DNA from: Macrostomum lignano
Lineage: Eukaryota
Direction: 5' to 3'
NCBI GenBank assembly: GCA_002269645.1
Contig: NIVC01001755.1
Location: 1-64,000, forward strand
Length of the DNA: 64,000 nt
The position numbers were made by a program, and so were the translations under genes. Below are positions 39,985 through 52,839 of the stretch, piece after piece (within the stretch, counting starts at the first letter, position 1; each line of letters starts with the position of its first letter). The notes beneath the pieces are model-generated. The model saw only the letters and a program-made list of their open reading frames with translations, was not told the DNA's origin and ran no database searches.

Positions 39985-41971
39985 TCATGTACATGATCTC
40001 TAACCGTACGGTCACTGCCCAACTTCTCGGGCAAACTGCCTCCGCCAGAGTCTGTAAGGGCGGACCCCAAGGCGGAGTCCACACCCCGACGCTCTGGAAC
40101 CTGGTCATGGACGCTCTTCTGGGCGACTCCCGACCTGATCCCGTCCTAAAGTCGGGTATGCTGACGACGTCACTGCCATTGTGGCAGGGCCATCCCCCAG
40201 CACGCTCAGGGATCTGATGCAGAGCTTTATCCGCAAAGCAGAATCCTGGGCCAATGACAACGGTCTGGAACTATCTGAGCCCAAAACTGTTGCCATATGT
40301 TCACCCACAGAATACGCTGGAACATACGACCTCTGCAGCTATACGGCAGAGATATTGCCTTCGCGCACCAGACCAGATGTCTCGGGGTCACACTTGACCA
40401 CCGGCTCAACTGGTCCTTCCACGTGAAAGCAAATGCCAAGCGTGCCTCAGCCATCCTGGCCCAGCTCCGACGAGCACTTGGCACCTCTTGGGGTCTATCC
40501 ACAAAGCGACTTTGGTGGATCTACACTTCCGTAGTTAGACCTGCCATTACGTACGCCTCGGTTGTCTGGGTCAGCGCTACCCAGGTCAAAAGTCATGCAG
40601 ATTTGCTCAACACGATCCAGGGCAGAGCGTGTAGGCTTATCTGCAACGCCACCAGGTCCACGCCCTTTGCCGGCATGGGGGCCTTCCTTAATCTACCGCC
40701 TCTCGACCTCTTCGTCAGGGGTGAGGCGGCTAGAACGACGCGGCGTTTACTCGATGCCGGTGTCAAATTCCTTTACATGAGGGCACCTGCTAAGCGGAAC
40801 CTCGTCCCGCATAGCGACCTGTGCCTCAACATTCTCAACGAGTGTCAGGCCAATCGCGTCTTCACCGATGGCATTGCCTCAACGCTCAACCTGAGACAAC
40901 GCTACTCTGTAGCTATCGACTCATGCGATACCATCAATGACCACTGGAACCCTGGTGAGCTTCATTGCTACACCGACGGTTCTAAACAGTCAGCCAACAC
41001 CGGCTTTGGTGTTGGAATCTTCCTGAACGGAAGGGTCATCGCAACCCACGCTCAGTACACTGGGGTCAACTCCAGTGTCTTCCAAAATGAAGTTCTCGCC
41101 ATCAGCTCCCGCATCGCAGAGGTCCTCGCCACTGGCGTTACCGGTAAGAACATCATTTTCCATTCGGACAGCAAAGCTGCCTTGCACGCCATCAGTGGCT
41201 GCAGCACCAATTCTGATACAGTCCTCGACTGTATCAAACTCCTCAACGTGTTGATCTCCACCAACAAAATCACCCTTAAACGGATTCCGGGGCATATGGG
41301 GATCCGAGGAAATGAGTTGGCTGACGCCCTTGCAAAAGTTGGCGCCTCCGGCTCCTCTCTCGGTCCCGAACCCCTTGTCCCGATTCCTGGCTGTGTCATT
41401 GACTCGCGAATCAAAACGTGGATCAGGACCCAGCACCGCTCGACTTGGGCGAACTGCACTACCTGCAGGCAATCCAGAGGCGCTGTCCCTCAGCCCTCTC
41501 ACCAGCTCCGGAAGCTCCTCTTGAGCCTCTCGCGCAGAGACATCCGGGCTGCCACCATGACCCTCTCAGGTCACGGCTGCTTCTCTAGGCACCAGTACCT
41601 GCAGGGCAACGCCACCAACGCCACCTGAAGCTTCTGTAACTCAGGTGACGAAACCGCTGAGCATTTCGTCAGCATCTGTCCCGCCTTTACGCGAGCCAGA
41701 CTCACTTACCTCGGGTCACACACATCTATTACTGAAGCGTGCAAACCCGAAAACTTTAATCAGCTCATGCGCTGCCTTCGGGCCACCCGCAGGGCTGAAC
41801 TCTCATTTCCAGAGAGCACTATAGCTGCTTGCGACACTGGGGGACCTCCCTGGGCGGCGCCAACCCTTCATCTATAGCGACGCGTCGGCCATTCAGGGAT
41901 TAGCAGAATGGGTGTTCGCGCCTTCCCGCTGTGTCCCTCTGGGACAGCCAAGTAAGTCAAGTAAGTCAAGC
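39985..41971 (+). mobile_element. 5'-truncated LINE with RT, RNase H and CCHC finger (I-group: Loa/R1/Tad-like)
   Basis: GGPQGG..LWNLVMD, GYADD (frameshifted), WIYTSVVRPAITYASVVW, RNase H YTDGSK..HSDSKAAL..IPGHMGIRGNELADALAK, then *SFC..ETAEHFVSIC; (CAAGTAAGT) tail at 41949-41971. Confidence 0.9.
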
Positions 41972-42579
41972 CGATACATATGCATCAAGAGAGGTATATA
42001 TATATCCAGCAATACCAAACACCTCTCTTGATACCAAACGTGTGCTATAATCGTATAAGTCTTTGGAGTGTGACCACTGACCACATTTAATTGTTGGGTA
42101 GGACCGCGAACCGCCGAGGACCGCCGAGGGGGGGGGGAATATTTGGTGTCCCATCCCTGCCTCTTGGTGGGCGCCCCTGTCTATGCATAGCAAAACGAGG
42201 GGGGGTAGAGCCACAGAGGGGCGGCAGCTGCCCTTTTACATGATATAGGCACTGTCCGTGGCCCTTTGTTCTTTTGCGGTGATTGTCTGCAGCAATTAAT
42301 TCACGGAAGCCTTCAGAGGTCTGGGGTTGGTCAGCTGGCATGACCTTATTACGGAATGCTCGATTTTAACAGAAATTTGCGCTTTCAGTTTTGCACTAGC
42401 AATCTAGTGTCCCCCTTCGGAGCGCCCAAAAAGTAAGGAGCAAAAATTATTCATGAAAAAAATTAAAAGGCACATTTTCTTAAGAACCAATTCCTTCTTC
42501 AGTTTTAAAAATCACCTTATTAAATTAAAAATTGTCACGGACAAAGATGTTTGCTATGAATCTCTTTTTTATTTAGCCA

Positions 42580-42920
42580 AAAAGCAACAAAATAAATTAG
42601 CTTTCATAAAGATAGCAGACTTCCCCGTAAATAGAAAACATCCCCAAGACAGCAAGCATCCCCAGACAGCAAGCACCCCACCCTCCAAGAGTAAGCAACC
42701 GCAGATAGCAAGCATCCCCCCAGGTAGTAAGCATCCCCCCAGATAGCAAGCATCCACCAGATAGCAAGAATCCTGCAGATGGCAAGCATCCCTGGACAGA
42801 AAGAATCTCATACATATAGACACATGCAGCTAGTACCCCTCTCTGTCAAATAACAAATACCCCCACCCCCCCTCGAGAGAAAGCACCCCCGACTCCAAAT
42901 ACAATATTAAGCACCCCCCC
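42580..42920. repeat. Degenerate ~20-bp repeat (CCCCAGATAGCAAGCATC)
   Basis: Direct reading; resembles the flank of the 24-kb array (24661-24690). Confidence 0.8.
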
Positions 42921-43029
42921 CCCCAGATTTAATAGAAAGCATACACCACACAGCAAGTATGAATAGCTAGTGCAAATATTTCCTCCGCTAATGCGCAAAT
43001 CGCTTTCTCAGGTTGTACAATAATCCTCT

Positions 43030-43815
43030 TCTCAGCTAGTGCAATAATTATTTTCTTATCGAATGCAATAATCCTTAACTCATCAAGTGCAAAAATCGGT
43101 CTCAGCTAGTGCAATAATCCCTCTCTAAGCTACGCTTTCTCAGGCTGTGCAATACATCAATGTCTCAGCTAGCGCAATATTAATAATTCCTTTTTTCAGC
43201 TGACAGCGCAATAATCAATTCTCTTCTGAGCTCAGGCGCATCGCCATGGATTTTATGGTGGCGGGACAAAGCCAACAATTATTTTTAACATGTATAACAT
43301 GTAACTTAACTTAACATGTATCTTTAACATGTAACTACCATGTACATGTACGCTCGTACATAGCTAAAATTCCTGCATGTACATTATTTTCAGAATCGGT
43401 GCTGTTAGCGCTCATTTTAGCGCCGCCGCACGCACTCATTTTGGCGCCCCAGGCACTTATTTTAGCACCAAAGGCGCTATGTTTTGTCGCCCTGCAGCAA
43501 AATTATTAATTTCCATAACGGGTCATAAGGTATGGGGTGGGGGGAGGGGGACAAAGCATTGGCATGCCCCCCAGATCTTTTACAAGTGGGGACATGTTCG
43601 TTGGCGACGCCCCTGTCTGAGCTAGTGCAATAATCCTTGCATGGCTTATCAAGTGCAATAATCCTTGCATGGCTTATCAAGTGCAATAATCCTTGCATGG
43701 CTTATCAAGTGCAATAACCCTTGGCTTATCAAGTGCAATAACCCTTGGCTTATCAAGTGCAATAATCCTCCGTTTATCAAGTGCAATAATCCTCGGCTTA
43801 TCAAGTGCAATAATT
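43030..43815. repeat. Degenerate (CTCAGCTAGTGCAATAATCC / GGCTTATCAAGTGCAATAATCC) array interrupted by a hAT MITE
   Basis: Units on both sides of 43233-43615. Confidence 0.8.
43233..43615. mobile_element. Non-autonomous hAT element (MITE), 383 bp
   Basis: Perfect 8-bp TSD TCTGAGCT (43225-43232 and 43616-43623); imperfect TIRs CAGGCGCATCGCCA / TGGCGACGCCCCTG. Confidence 0.88.
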
Positions 43816-43841
43816 CTGGTCTTTTTAATTAGTTCGAATTA

Positions 43842-43899
43842 AGATTCGAACCCAGATCGCTGCATTAGCAGTCTAGTCTGTTCGCATCTAGGCTAGCTC
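43842..43899 (-). other. Degenerate tRNA-like fragment (pseudo-tRNA or SINE head)
   Basis: TAGCCTAGATG..GACTGCTAAT (Ser-GCT-like loop)..GGGTTCGAATC; acceptor stem does not close. Confidence 0.35.
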
Positions 43900-44631
43900 T
43901 CATCGAATTTATAAATGAATGTGTAGCACTTTATAATTTAACTTAACACTCACACCAAGTCAGTTATGGGACATAATCAGTTTCGCAGCCAGTCAATATC
44001 AGTCTCAGTTAAAGTTAACAATATCGTTCCGCTATATAAATCAGGTCTTTAGGTATGCTTTCACGCTGCGTTTTCACTACTGTGACGCAATTCAATTCAG
44101 TGTAAAAAGTCAGCCAGTACACAGACTGAATAGATAAAAGCCTATTGTGATGCAATCTATTTCAGAATCAGAATTTAACCAGTCATTTTTTCTCTAGCAT
44201 TCTTACAATGCATGCAAGTCGAAAGAGCTGCTTGACTTCCGCAAAAAGCATGTTTTTTCTAATGTTTAATCCATTTTACATTTAGCAATTTAAGATTAGT
44301 ATATTTAGATTTTGGCGAAAACGCGATCAAAATTGGTCAAGAATTGCAATCTCTAGAGCGTTATGGACAAGCATACAAACCTTAGAGATTTAGTATATTT
44401 AGATTAGCCCCGGTGGTCACGGGAAAACTTCTGATCGAATGGTGCAAGTTTTAACAAAATCGGTTAAGCCGTTTATTCTGAAATCTATCTTACACATACA
44501 GAAAACTCCTTTTTAGCATATGGGAAGAATGCTCGGAATAGGAAATTCATTTAACGTGTGTATAGTGTATAGAGTTCGTTGAGACTACTGTTTACCACTT
44601 CAACGACTACCAGTTCCGAGATTATTTTAGA

Positions 44632-45099
44632 TTGCCTCGAACTGCTGTCCAGTCGTTAGTTCTGCAACTAGCAACGTTCCTAACTCTGCATTCGCCAAAA
44701 GGAACGACCGCTATTTCAATGGTCTTGGTTTTTCTTCGCTATTTAGCAACCCAGGAGTCCTACGAATCTATTGGAACAGTTTTTGACTTATCTAAGAGCA
44801 CGGTTTGTCTTATAATCCGAAGGGTTCTAAGTGCAATGTCCGAGAGTGGATTTTGCAGAGATCTGGTTCGATTTCCATCCTATGAAGAGTGCCACAAGCA
44901 TGCTCAGTTATTCAGTCAGCGATCTAGAAGTTTCTTTACAGCAAGTATTATTGGTGCCATTGACGTAACGGAAGTCAAAATAAGATGTCCGTCTGACAAT
45001 GGCGAGTCATATTACAACAGGAAGCAATTTCATTCCGTCAAGTTACAGGTAATTAGCACCAGTTCGACCTACATCATTGACTATTGCAAAAGGACGTGA
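44632..45099 (+). mobile_element. PIF/Harbinger transposase (HARBI1-type DDE nuclease) fragment
   Basis: FLRYLATQESY..FDLSKSTV..RFP..IIGAIDVTEVKIRCP..YYNRKQFHSVKLQ; C-terminal DDE part not found. Confidence 0.85.
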
Positions 45100-46894
45100 A
45101 AGCAAATGATAGAACAAAGGTGAAGAATACAAAATATTCAATTACGATTAAATGTGGTAATTGCGAGCGAAGTTAAAACGGTGCCTAGGCGTTCAGGTTG
45201 AGTTGGAAGAAGTATAGGCGACGTTTTTTAATCTTAGACCGGTTTTAGAAATTGAATTAATTCTTAATTGTAATTTAAATATCATTTACCTAGATTATTT
45301 TTACATTTAGTCTGCTTAACATTTGTTTTACTAAGGACGTTAAAATGGCAGTTTAAGTCATTTTAAGTCACTCGAACGCACCCATAGAATCAAGCGTTTC
45401 TAAGAATTTTTATTTCCGCGATTAGACTTTCTTAGATAAAAACTGTGCTGATCTGAAAAAGAAAATGAATCACTAGGCAGGCATGAGAGTTATTCTATCT
45501 GATGATTAGGTTAGGCTAAGAATAGGGCTTGTTCATGTTTTTAAATAATAATATTTTGTTTATCCACAATTGAGGATACTATCTGGACATAAATTCTAAC
45601 TTGATATGAAACCAACAATAGTCGCAACTCTTTAAGAGGCTAGGATAGGACTAAGTTTACTAAAAGAACCAAACTAGGAAACCAGCAAATGCCACACTAA
45701 AACAAAGAAAGACGCACCAAGGGTGCCAAGTGCCAAACTGATAAAATATCAAATTCTTATAATTTAATTAAACTTTTAAATGCTAAAAATTAGGCCTAAC
45801 TAATTAAATTGGCAAATATCTAAGACTTGTTACTATTACTTAGGCAATCTTCTAAGTTACTGTGTTAAATTATTCACAAGATACCAATATTGATGGGCCA
45901 CAGAGGGCAGAAACGAGCTATAACGCCGAGGAGTATCAGCTCGTTTCTGCCTAATGCAGCCTATCCATATTAGTGTTATATTTAGCAGGCCCACTGAGAC
46001 TGTCTATGGTAAAATCCCATTTATTCCTATGTATTCAGTAGGCTTCACGGCCCACTGGAAATGTCTATAGCAAAGTCAAAAGAGAGCGGGGTCAAAGGGG
46101 CCCTTTTTGGGGTGTAGGGGCAGAGCCCCCATATTAGGCCTAGCACATGCATACAAGTTTTTTACTTATTGAAGTCAGCCTGTTTCAACATGCCTAGGCT
46201 AACTAAAATATGTATATACCATGCATTATACATTAGGTCTATATGTTTATAAAATTATCTGTATACATTTTAGTTATAAATATAGTATAAGCCTTGGCTT
46301 TATATACAATATACAATGATATTGGGGTTACTTCTGCCTTCTAGAACAATCCCACTGATGCTACCAAAGTTGTGACAGTGCTGTTCCCCCTGTCTTTAAA
46401 CTTAAAAAATAGTCTAATTGTAATACCAAGTTGTAATAATAGTTTTGCTTTTGTGTTTGTAAATAGGCCTATCCTTAAAGCTGCCACCAACTGTTCTAGA
46501 TCTAATTCTCTACTTTCTTAGAATTGGTCTGTGAACTGTTCTTAGTATATATCTAAGTCTGATTATCTGAGTATCTGTGAATCTAAGTATTGCTTTGAAT
46601 ATATATATATATATATTTGCAGATTCCATTCTTACTAATGGCATTTTCACTCTGTATTTTTAATAGCATTCTTACTTAGATCTGGTAGCATTATATGTAA
46701 AACTCTGGCCTGAGTGGTATATATTCTACTGGTATATGTATTGCATATCATCTTTTTAGTCCTAGGCATTCTCAAGATTAGAGAATCAGGAAAGGGATAG
46801 CAGCAATTTGTATAGGTATAAATAAAGCTTTTTATATTTAATCTGTGCTTGCAATATAGGAGTATGTAACTCTCAGTTAATTTTATTACTAATT

Positions 46895-47425
46895 CCCATT
46901 GAAAAAGTTATGCAACTGCATAGGCATAAAAGGTGAGCAAGGTGCACAAGAGGCACTTATATTTACTGGCCTATTTCGTGTGTGTTTTGGAAATGCATAT
47001 GTATGCACTAATTTATGCTGTGACTAAATTCTTTTTTGAAAAAAATAGTTTAATTAGAAATATATATACCCACCTCTCAAATTCATCTTTCATATATTTT
47101 CTGTGCCCCTACTGCACCTCCCATGCACCTGCTTTGCCTCACTTGTGAGCCTACTGTTCATGTTTTATACATTTCCAGTGCCCCTTATGCACCTTTACTG
47201 CCTCTACCGCCTTAACCAATCAAATAGAGAATTCCCCTAATGCCTGACAACTTCACCAATTGTACACCTTTCATGCCTCTTTTCAAAAATATTGGTGAAA
47301 TTTAGGCATAAAAGGTGCACTCAGGTACATTTCCACAACATGCATAAAATAGGCCACTAATGTGCCTCTTTTGTGCATCTCGCTCACCTTTTATGCCTAT
47401 ATAGGTGCATAACTTTTCTAATGGG
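46895..47425. mobile_element. MITE with ~100-bp imperfect TIRs starting CCCATT, 2-bp TT flanks (CMC/EnSpm-like)
   Basis: Left CCCATTGAAAAAGTTATGCAACTGCATAGGCATAAAAGGTGAGC..; right end is its reverse complement (..GCTCACCTTTTATGCCTATATAGGTGCATAACTTTTCTAATGGG). Superfamily assignment is inference. Confidence 0.8.
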
Positions 47426-48153
47426 TTCAGTGTATTCCCTAAATTTAAGTGAAAGAGATGTAACTTTTATCTTGCCTTTTTTAATGATAATATTTTTGGT
47501 TATATAAGAAATCTAACAATTTAAATCTTTATTTGTCTACTTTCTTAATAGTACTTAGTAGGCCTATAAATTTAATTTCCATTGGCAATATCTAGTGGGC
47601 TCCTTTAGACAACTATAGGCAAAACTATGGCTTTTTATCACAATATCTTCATAATTATAGAGGGTCAAATTCCTTTTAGTTAGCTATTTTCATAAATATG
47701 TATCTATAATATTATTGTTGCTATAATAGTCATTATCATTAGCAAGGCAATTTTTTCCAAAGGATCAACTCTCTTACTTATTAACACTACCATTTTAAAA
47801 CAAATTTGTTTTTAATTTATATTGTTTTATAATAAACTTAAAATTCAAAACTGACTATAAGAATCTAATAGGATTATTGGGTTTCATAACCTGCATTTAA
47901 ATTTTACTTGTTACTACCAGCAATCAGTGCCCTACTTGTGAGGCATGCATTAACTCATGCCTTAACCCCAACTGTCCTGTGATCTAACTTTGGCTTTGCC
48001 TACCAACAACTTCCAAATGATCCTTACCATCTCAGCAATTCCCCCATAAGTCTAGATATCTCAGTGATAGTTTAATGTTTTATTGAATAAATATTTGCAA
48101 AAAATTATCTTCATTATATATCACCTTCAGTAGTAAAGTCTGTTAATAACTGC

Positions 48154-51100
48154 ATGGCAGCCAGACAGGCGGTCACCCCAGCTCTGGTCAGCAGTTCATG
48201 GCTGGCCAGCAGACTATCCAATGCCGCTAATAACAAAATTCGAATACTTGATGCCGGCGGCTACCCGGCCCCAGTGGAAACCTCATTCGCCGCGGCGCCA
48301 AGAATTCCCGGTGCCAGACATTTCAGCGTGCCAGAATGCAGCGCCAGAGAAACTGGCTTCTCAAACACTTTGCCCAGCTCTGCTCAGTTTGCCGAGTACG
48401 TTGGCAAACGCCTATATCGGCAATGATAGCCATGTTATTGTCTACGATAATTGCATGTTTGCGCCAAGGGTCTGGTGGATGTTTCGCATGTTTGGCCACG
48501 AGGCTGTCAGCGTGTTAGATGGAGGCCTGGCTGCCTGGGTTGCCGAGGGTCGGCGAGTGACCAGCGGCCCATTAAAAACCGTTTATCAGTCGGTTGAATT
48601 TCAAGCTAGCGAAGATAAGAAAAGTGCTCTGTATCGGTCTTTTGAAGAGTTTTGCAAGGCGTTGCAGTCTGCGTCTGTGCAGGTGAGGAAAATAAGGTGC
48701 ATGGCGTAAATTGGGTACGGGAGATGTACACGGTGCTGATAGATATGCTACAGTCGAACTGTGTGACTCAAAAGATTAGATTTGGTATTAGATTAGCTAG
48801 ATATATGCAGGCTAGATAGGAGATAAAATGGTTAGATGGTAGATAGACACGGGATAGAGATGATAGATAGACTAGAGATGGTTGATAGGCACGGGATAGA
48901 GAGTAGTAGATAGACACACGATAAAAGGAGTAGATAGACACGGGATAGAGATGGTAGATAGACACGGGATAGGGATGGTAGATAGAGTAGAGATGGTAGA
49001 CAGACACACGATAGAAGGGGTAGATAGACACGGGATAGAGATGGCAGATAGACACACGATAGAAGGGGTAGATAGACACGGGATAGAGATGGTAGATAGA
49101 CACACGATAGAAGGAGTAGATATACACGGGATAGAGATGGTAGATAGACACGGGATAGGGATGGTAGATAGAGTAGAGATGGTAGATGGACACACGATAG
49201 AAGGGGTAGATAGACACGGAATAGAGATGGTAGATAGACACACGATAGAAGGGGTAGATAGACACGGGATAGAGATGGTAGATAGACACGGGATAGAGAT
49301 GGTAGATAGACACACGATAGAAGGAGTAGATATACACGGGATAGAGATGGTAGATAGACACGGGATAGGGATGGTAGATAGACACACGATAGAAGGGGTA
49401 GATAGACACGGAATAGAGATGGTAGATAGACACACGATAGAAGGGGTAGATAGACACGGGATAGAGATGGTAGATAGACACGGGATAGAGATGGTAGATA
49501 GACACACGATAGAAGGGGTAGATAGACACGGGATGGAGATGGTAGATAGACACGGGATAGGGATGGTAGATAGACACACGATAGAAGGGGTAGATAGACA
49601 CGGAATAGAGATGGTAGATAGACACACGATAGAAGGGGTAGATAGACACGGGATAGAGATGGTAGATAGACACGGGATAGAGATGGTAGATAGACACACG
49701 ATAGAAGGAGTAGATATACACGGGATAGAGATGGTAGATAGACACGGGATAGAGATGGTAGATAGACACACGATAGAAGGAGTAGATATACACGGGATAG
49801 AGATGGTAGATAGACACGGGATAGGGATGGTAGATAGAGTAGAGATGGTAGATGGACACACGATAGAAGGGGTAGATAGACACGGGATAGAGATGGTAGA
49901 TAGACACGGGATAGAGATGGTAGATAGACACACGATAGAAGGGGTAGATAGACACGGGATAGAGATGGTAGATAGACACACGATAGAAGGGGTAGATAGA
50001 CACGGGATAGAGATGGTAGATAGACACACGATAGAAGGGGTAGATAGACACGGGATAGAGATGGTAGATAGACACACGATAGAAGGGGTAGATAGACACG
50101 GGATAGAGATGGTAGATAGACACACGATAGAAGGAGTAGATATACACGGGATAGAGATGGTAGATAGACACGGGATAGGGATGGTAGATAGAGTAGAGAT
50201 GGTAGATGGACACACGATAGAAGGGGTAGATAGACACGGGATAGAGATGGTAGATAGACACGGGATAGAGATGGTAGATAGACACACGATAGAAGGGGTA
50301 GATAGACACGGGATAGAGATGGTAGATAGACACGGGATAGAGATGGTAGATAGACACACGATAGAAGGAGTAGATATACACGGGATAGAGATGGTAGATA
50401 GACACGGGATAGGGATGGTAGATAGAGTAGAGATGGTAGATGGACACACGATAGAAGGGGTAGATAGACACGGGATAGAGATGGTAGATAGACACGGGAT
50501 AGAGATGGTAGATAGACACGGGATAGAGATGGTAGATAGACACGGGATAGAGATGGTAGATAGACACACGATAGAAGGGGTAGATAGACACGGGATAGAG
50601 ATGGTAGATAGACACACGATAGAAGGGGTAGATAGACACGGGATAGAGATGGTAGATAGACACACGATAGAAGGGGTAGATAGACACGGGATAGAGATGG
50701 TAGATAGACACACGATAGAAGGAGTAGATATACACGGGATAGAGATGGTAGATAGACACGGGATAGTGATGGTAGATAGACACACGATAGAAGGAGTAGA
50801 TAGACACGGGATAGAGATGGTAGATAGACACACGATAGAAGGAGTAGATATACACGGGATAGAGATGGTAGATAGACACGGGATAGAGTTGGTAGATAAA
50901 CACACGATAGAAGGAGTAGATATACACGGGATAGAGATGGTAGATAGACACGGGATAGTGATGGTAGATAGACACACGATAGAAGGGGTAGATAGGCACG
51001 GGATAGAGATGGTAGATAGACACACGATAGAAGGGGTAGATAGACACGAGCTACAGTGGGTAGGCCGGTCAGTAGATGTACAAGAGAAAAAATTGAAAAA

Positions 51101-51525
51101 CCCAGAGCCAGCAAGGCCGGACACAGCAGCCTTATCTCCCACCCGTCGCCACCACTCCGCAGGTGGCGGACGCCCGCTCCCCAGCGAGATTCCGCGGAGA
51201 GGAGCCGGAGCCCCGAGCCGGCCTCCCCGCTGGCCACCCGCTAGGCGCAGCCAACCTGTTCTTCCGCAGCCTGTACGACTCCGAGAGCGGCCGGATGCTC
51301 ACCGAGGATCAGCTTAGAAAGAAATTCTTAGCCAGCGGGTTAGATCCCAGCCGGCCATTGGTGACCACCTGCGGCTCGGGTATCACGGCCTGTCACGTGG
51401 CTCTGGCTGCTCACGTGCTTGGCAACTCCGATGCGGCTGTCTACGATGGCAGCTGGGAGGAGTTCGCTACCAGGGGACCATCGGATCTGAAAGCCGTGGG
51501 CTCCGGACCTGAGCGAGGCGCTTGA
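48154..51525 (+). CDS. MPST: 3-mercaptopyruvate sulfurtransferase (two-domain rhodanese), 2 exons
   Basis: Exon 1 48154-48682 (ALVSSSWL, RIPGARHF, LPS..QFAEYV; frameshift near 48415; HVIVYD, APRVWWMFRMFGH, VSVLDGGL..W). Exon 2 51163-51525 (DARS..RFRGEEPEPR..GH, TCGSGITAC, AVYDGSWEE). The CGSG active-site loop is MPST-type rather than CRKG (TST). Confidence 0.92.
48830..51048. repeat. 2.2-kb higher-order purine-rich minisatellite (24- and 18-nt units) filling the MPST intron
   Basis: Units ATGGTAGATAGACACGGGATAGAG, ..ACACACGATAGAA.. and ATGGTAGATAGAGTAGAG. Confidence 0.97.
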
Positions 51526-52059
51526 TTTGACTTGATTTCAAACTTTTGATTTTTTCACTTCCAATAATCGAATTCTAAACCATCATCACGAGCCCCGGCA
51601 TACAATGTCACAACCAGCGCTGGGATCATTCTGCCTATCTCCTGACTCCCGAGCAATCCCAAGTGTCTTCGGGATGGCCATCATGGCCGAACGTGATTTC
51701 GTGTTTGCATTGAAAACATCCCGGATATCCCATTTTCTAATGTCATTATTTTGTTGCTGTGCAAGAAATTTCATGAAATGATTCGTTGATTAATACTGGT
51801 AGCTTTGTTGTGCTCTACTAATAAATCAATATATTCTACTAGCTTGGTTTAGAAAAGGTTTATTGACAGTTTTGTTTATTTATAATTGTAATAATTAATT
51901 AAGAGTAAACTAATTTTGGCATTATTTTTTACTTTTAATTCTAATTTTCGTCTGACTTTATAAAATTATAAATTATTATTGTTCGCAAGTTTTCAGTTAT
52001 AAAAATATCTAATTGTTTCAGATACTTCACCTGTCAACTTTTAAAGTCATAAATTAAAA

Positions 52060-52839
52060 ATGTCCTACCTGTTAATTAGCTGTCAAGTTCGTCTGGTAAG
52101 TTCTTAATAGTTTGCCATGATTGAAGTATTTTAATGCTGTTGAGAATTTGATACAGAGATTGATTCGTATATGAAAAATTTGCGTTCACTTTGTTAGGAA
52201 AGCGGACCCACTCTTGTTGGGGACGAGTGGAGCGACCCTGTGCTCATGCAGTTCTTGGAGGCCAAAAAGGAGAAGAAGGATGGCAATAACTTGTGAGCCG
52301 TTTTATTGTTTTGTCTTGGGCAGTGCAGGCATTAATCCTTAATTAAAACCTAACTCCCAGATCCCCAGTTGCTGTGCCAGCCTCCCAGATCCCCAGTTGC
52401 TGGGCCAGCCTCCCAGATACCCAGTTGCTGGGCCAGCCTCCCAAATCCCCAGTTGCTGTGCCAGCCTCCCAGATCCCCAGTTGCTTGGCCAGCCTCCCAG
52501 ATCCCCAGTTGCTGTGCCAGCCTCCCAGAGTGTCAGTTGCTGGGCCAGCCTCCCAGATCCTCATATCTACAGATCCCAGATCCTCAACTGCAGGTACTAA
52601 TCCTCAGTTGCTGAGGAATTCTAAAAGCCTTAACCAAAGCCCCCATACACCACCGCAGCTACCAATGGACAACCCTGATGTGCCCCCGCCAAGTGCTGGA
52701 CCGTCTGCACCTGCTGGGCTACCGGGTGTCGGCCATGACCGGAGTCGGCCAGACCTGCATCTGGACGCTGCACACCGAGAATGATGGACAAGCGTTGAAA
52801 TCCATCATTGAAAGTCGAGTCGCATCTTCATCTACCTAA
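52060..52839 (+). CDS. GCHFR: GTP cyclohydrolase I feedback regulatory protein (GFRP), 3 exons, 103 aa; not called by the ORF track
   Basis: Exons 52060-52095 (MSYLLISCQVRL), 52198-52292 (ESGPTLVGDEWSDPVLMQFLEAKKEKKDGNN), 52659-52839 (FYQWTTLMCPRQVLDRLHLLGYRVSAMTGVGQTCIWTLH..*). Matches GFRP motifs MPYLLISTQIR, GPTMVGDE.SDP.LM and SMTGVGQT..W.LH. Confidence 0.95.
52355..52585. repeat. 28-bp minisatellite (CCTCCCAGATCCCCAGTTGCTGGGCCAG) in GCHFR intron 2
   Basis: Direct reading. Confidence 0.93.

Noticed and set aside
48768-51317. 750-800 aa ORFs on both strands
   Set aside because: Products of a tandem array inside a GT-AG intron of MPST; no unique domain
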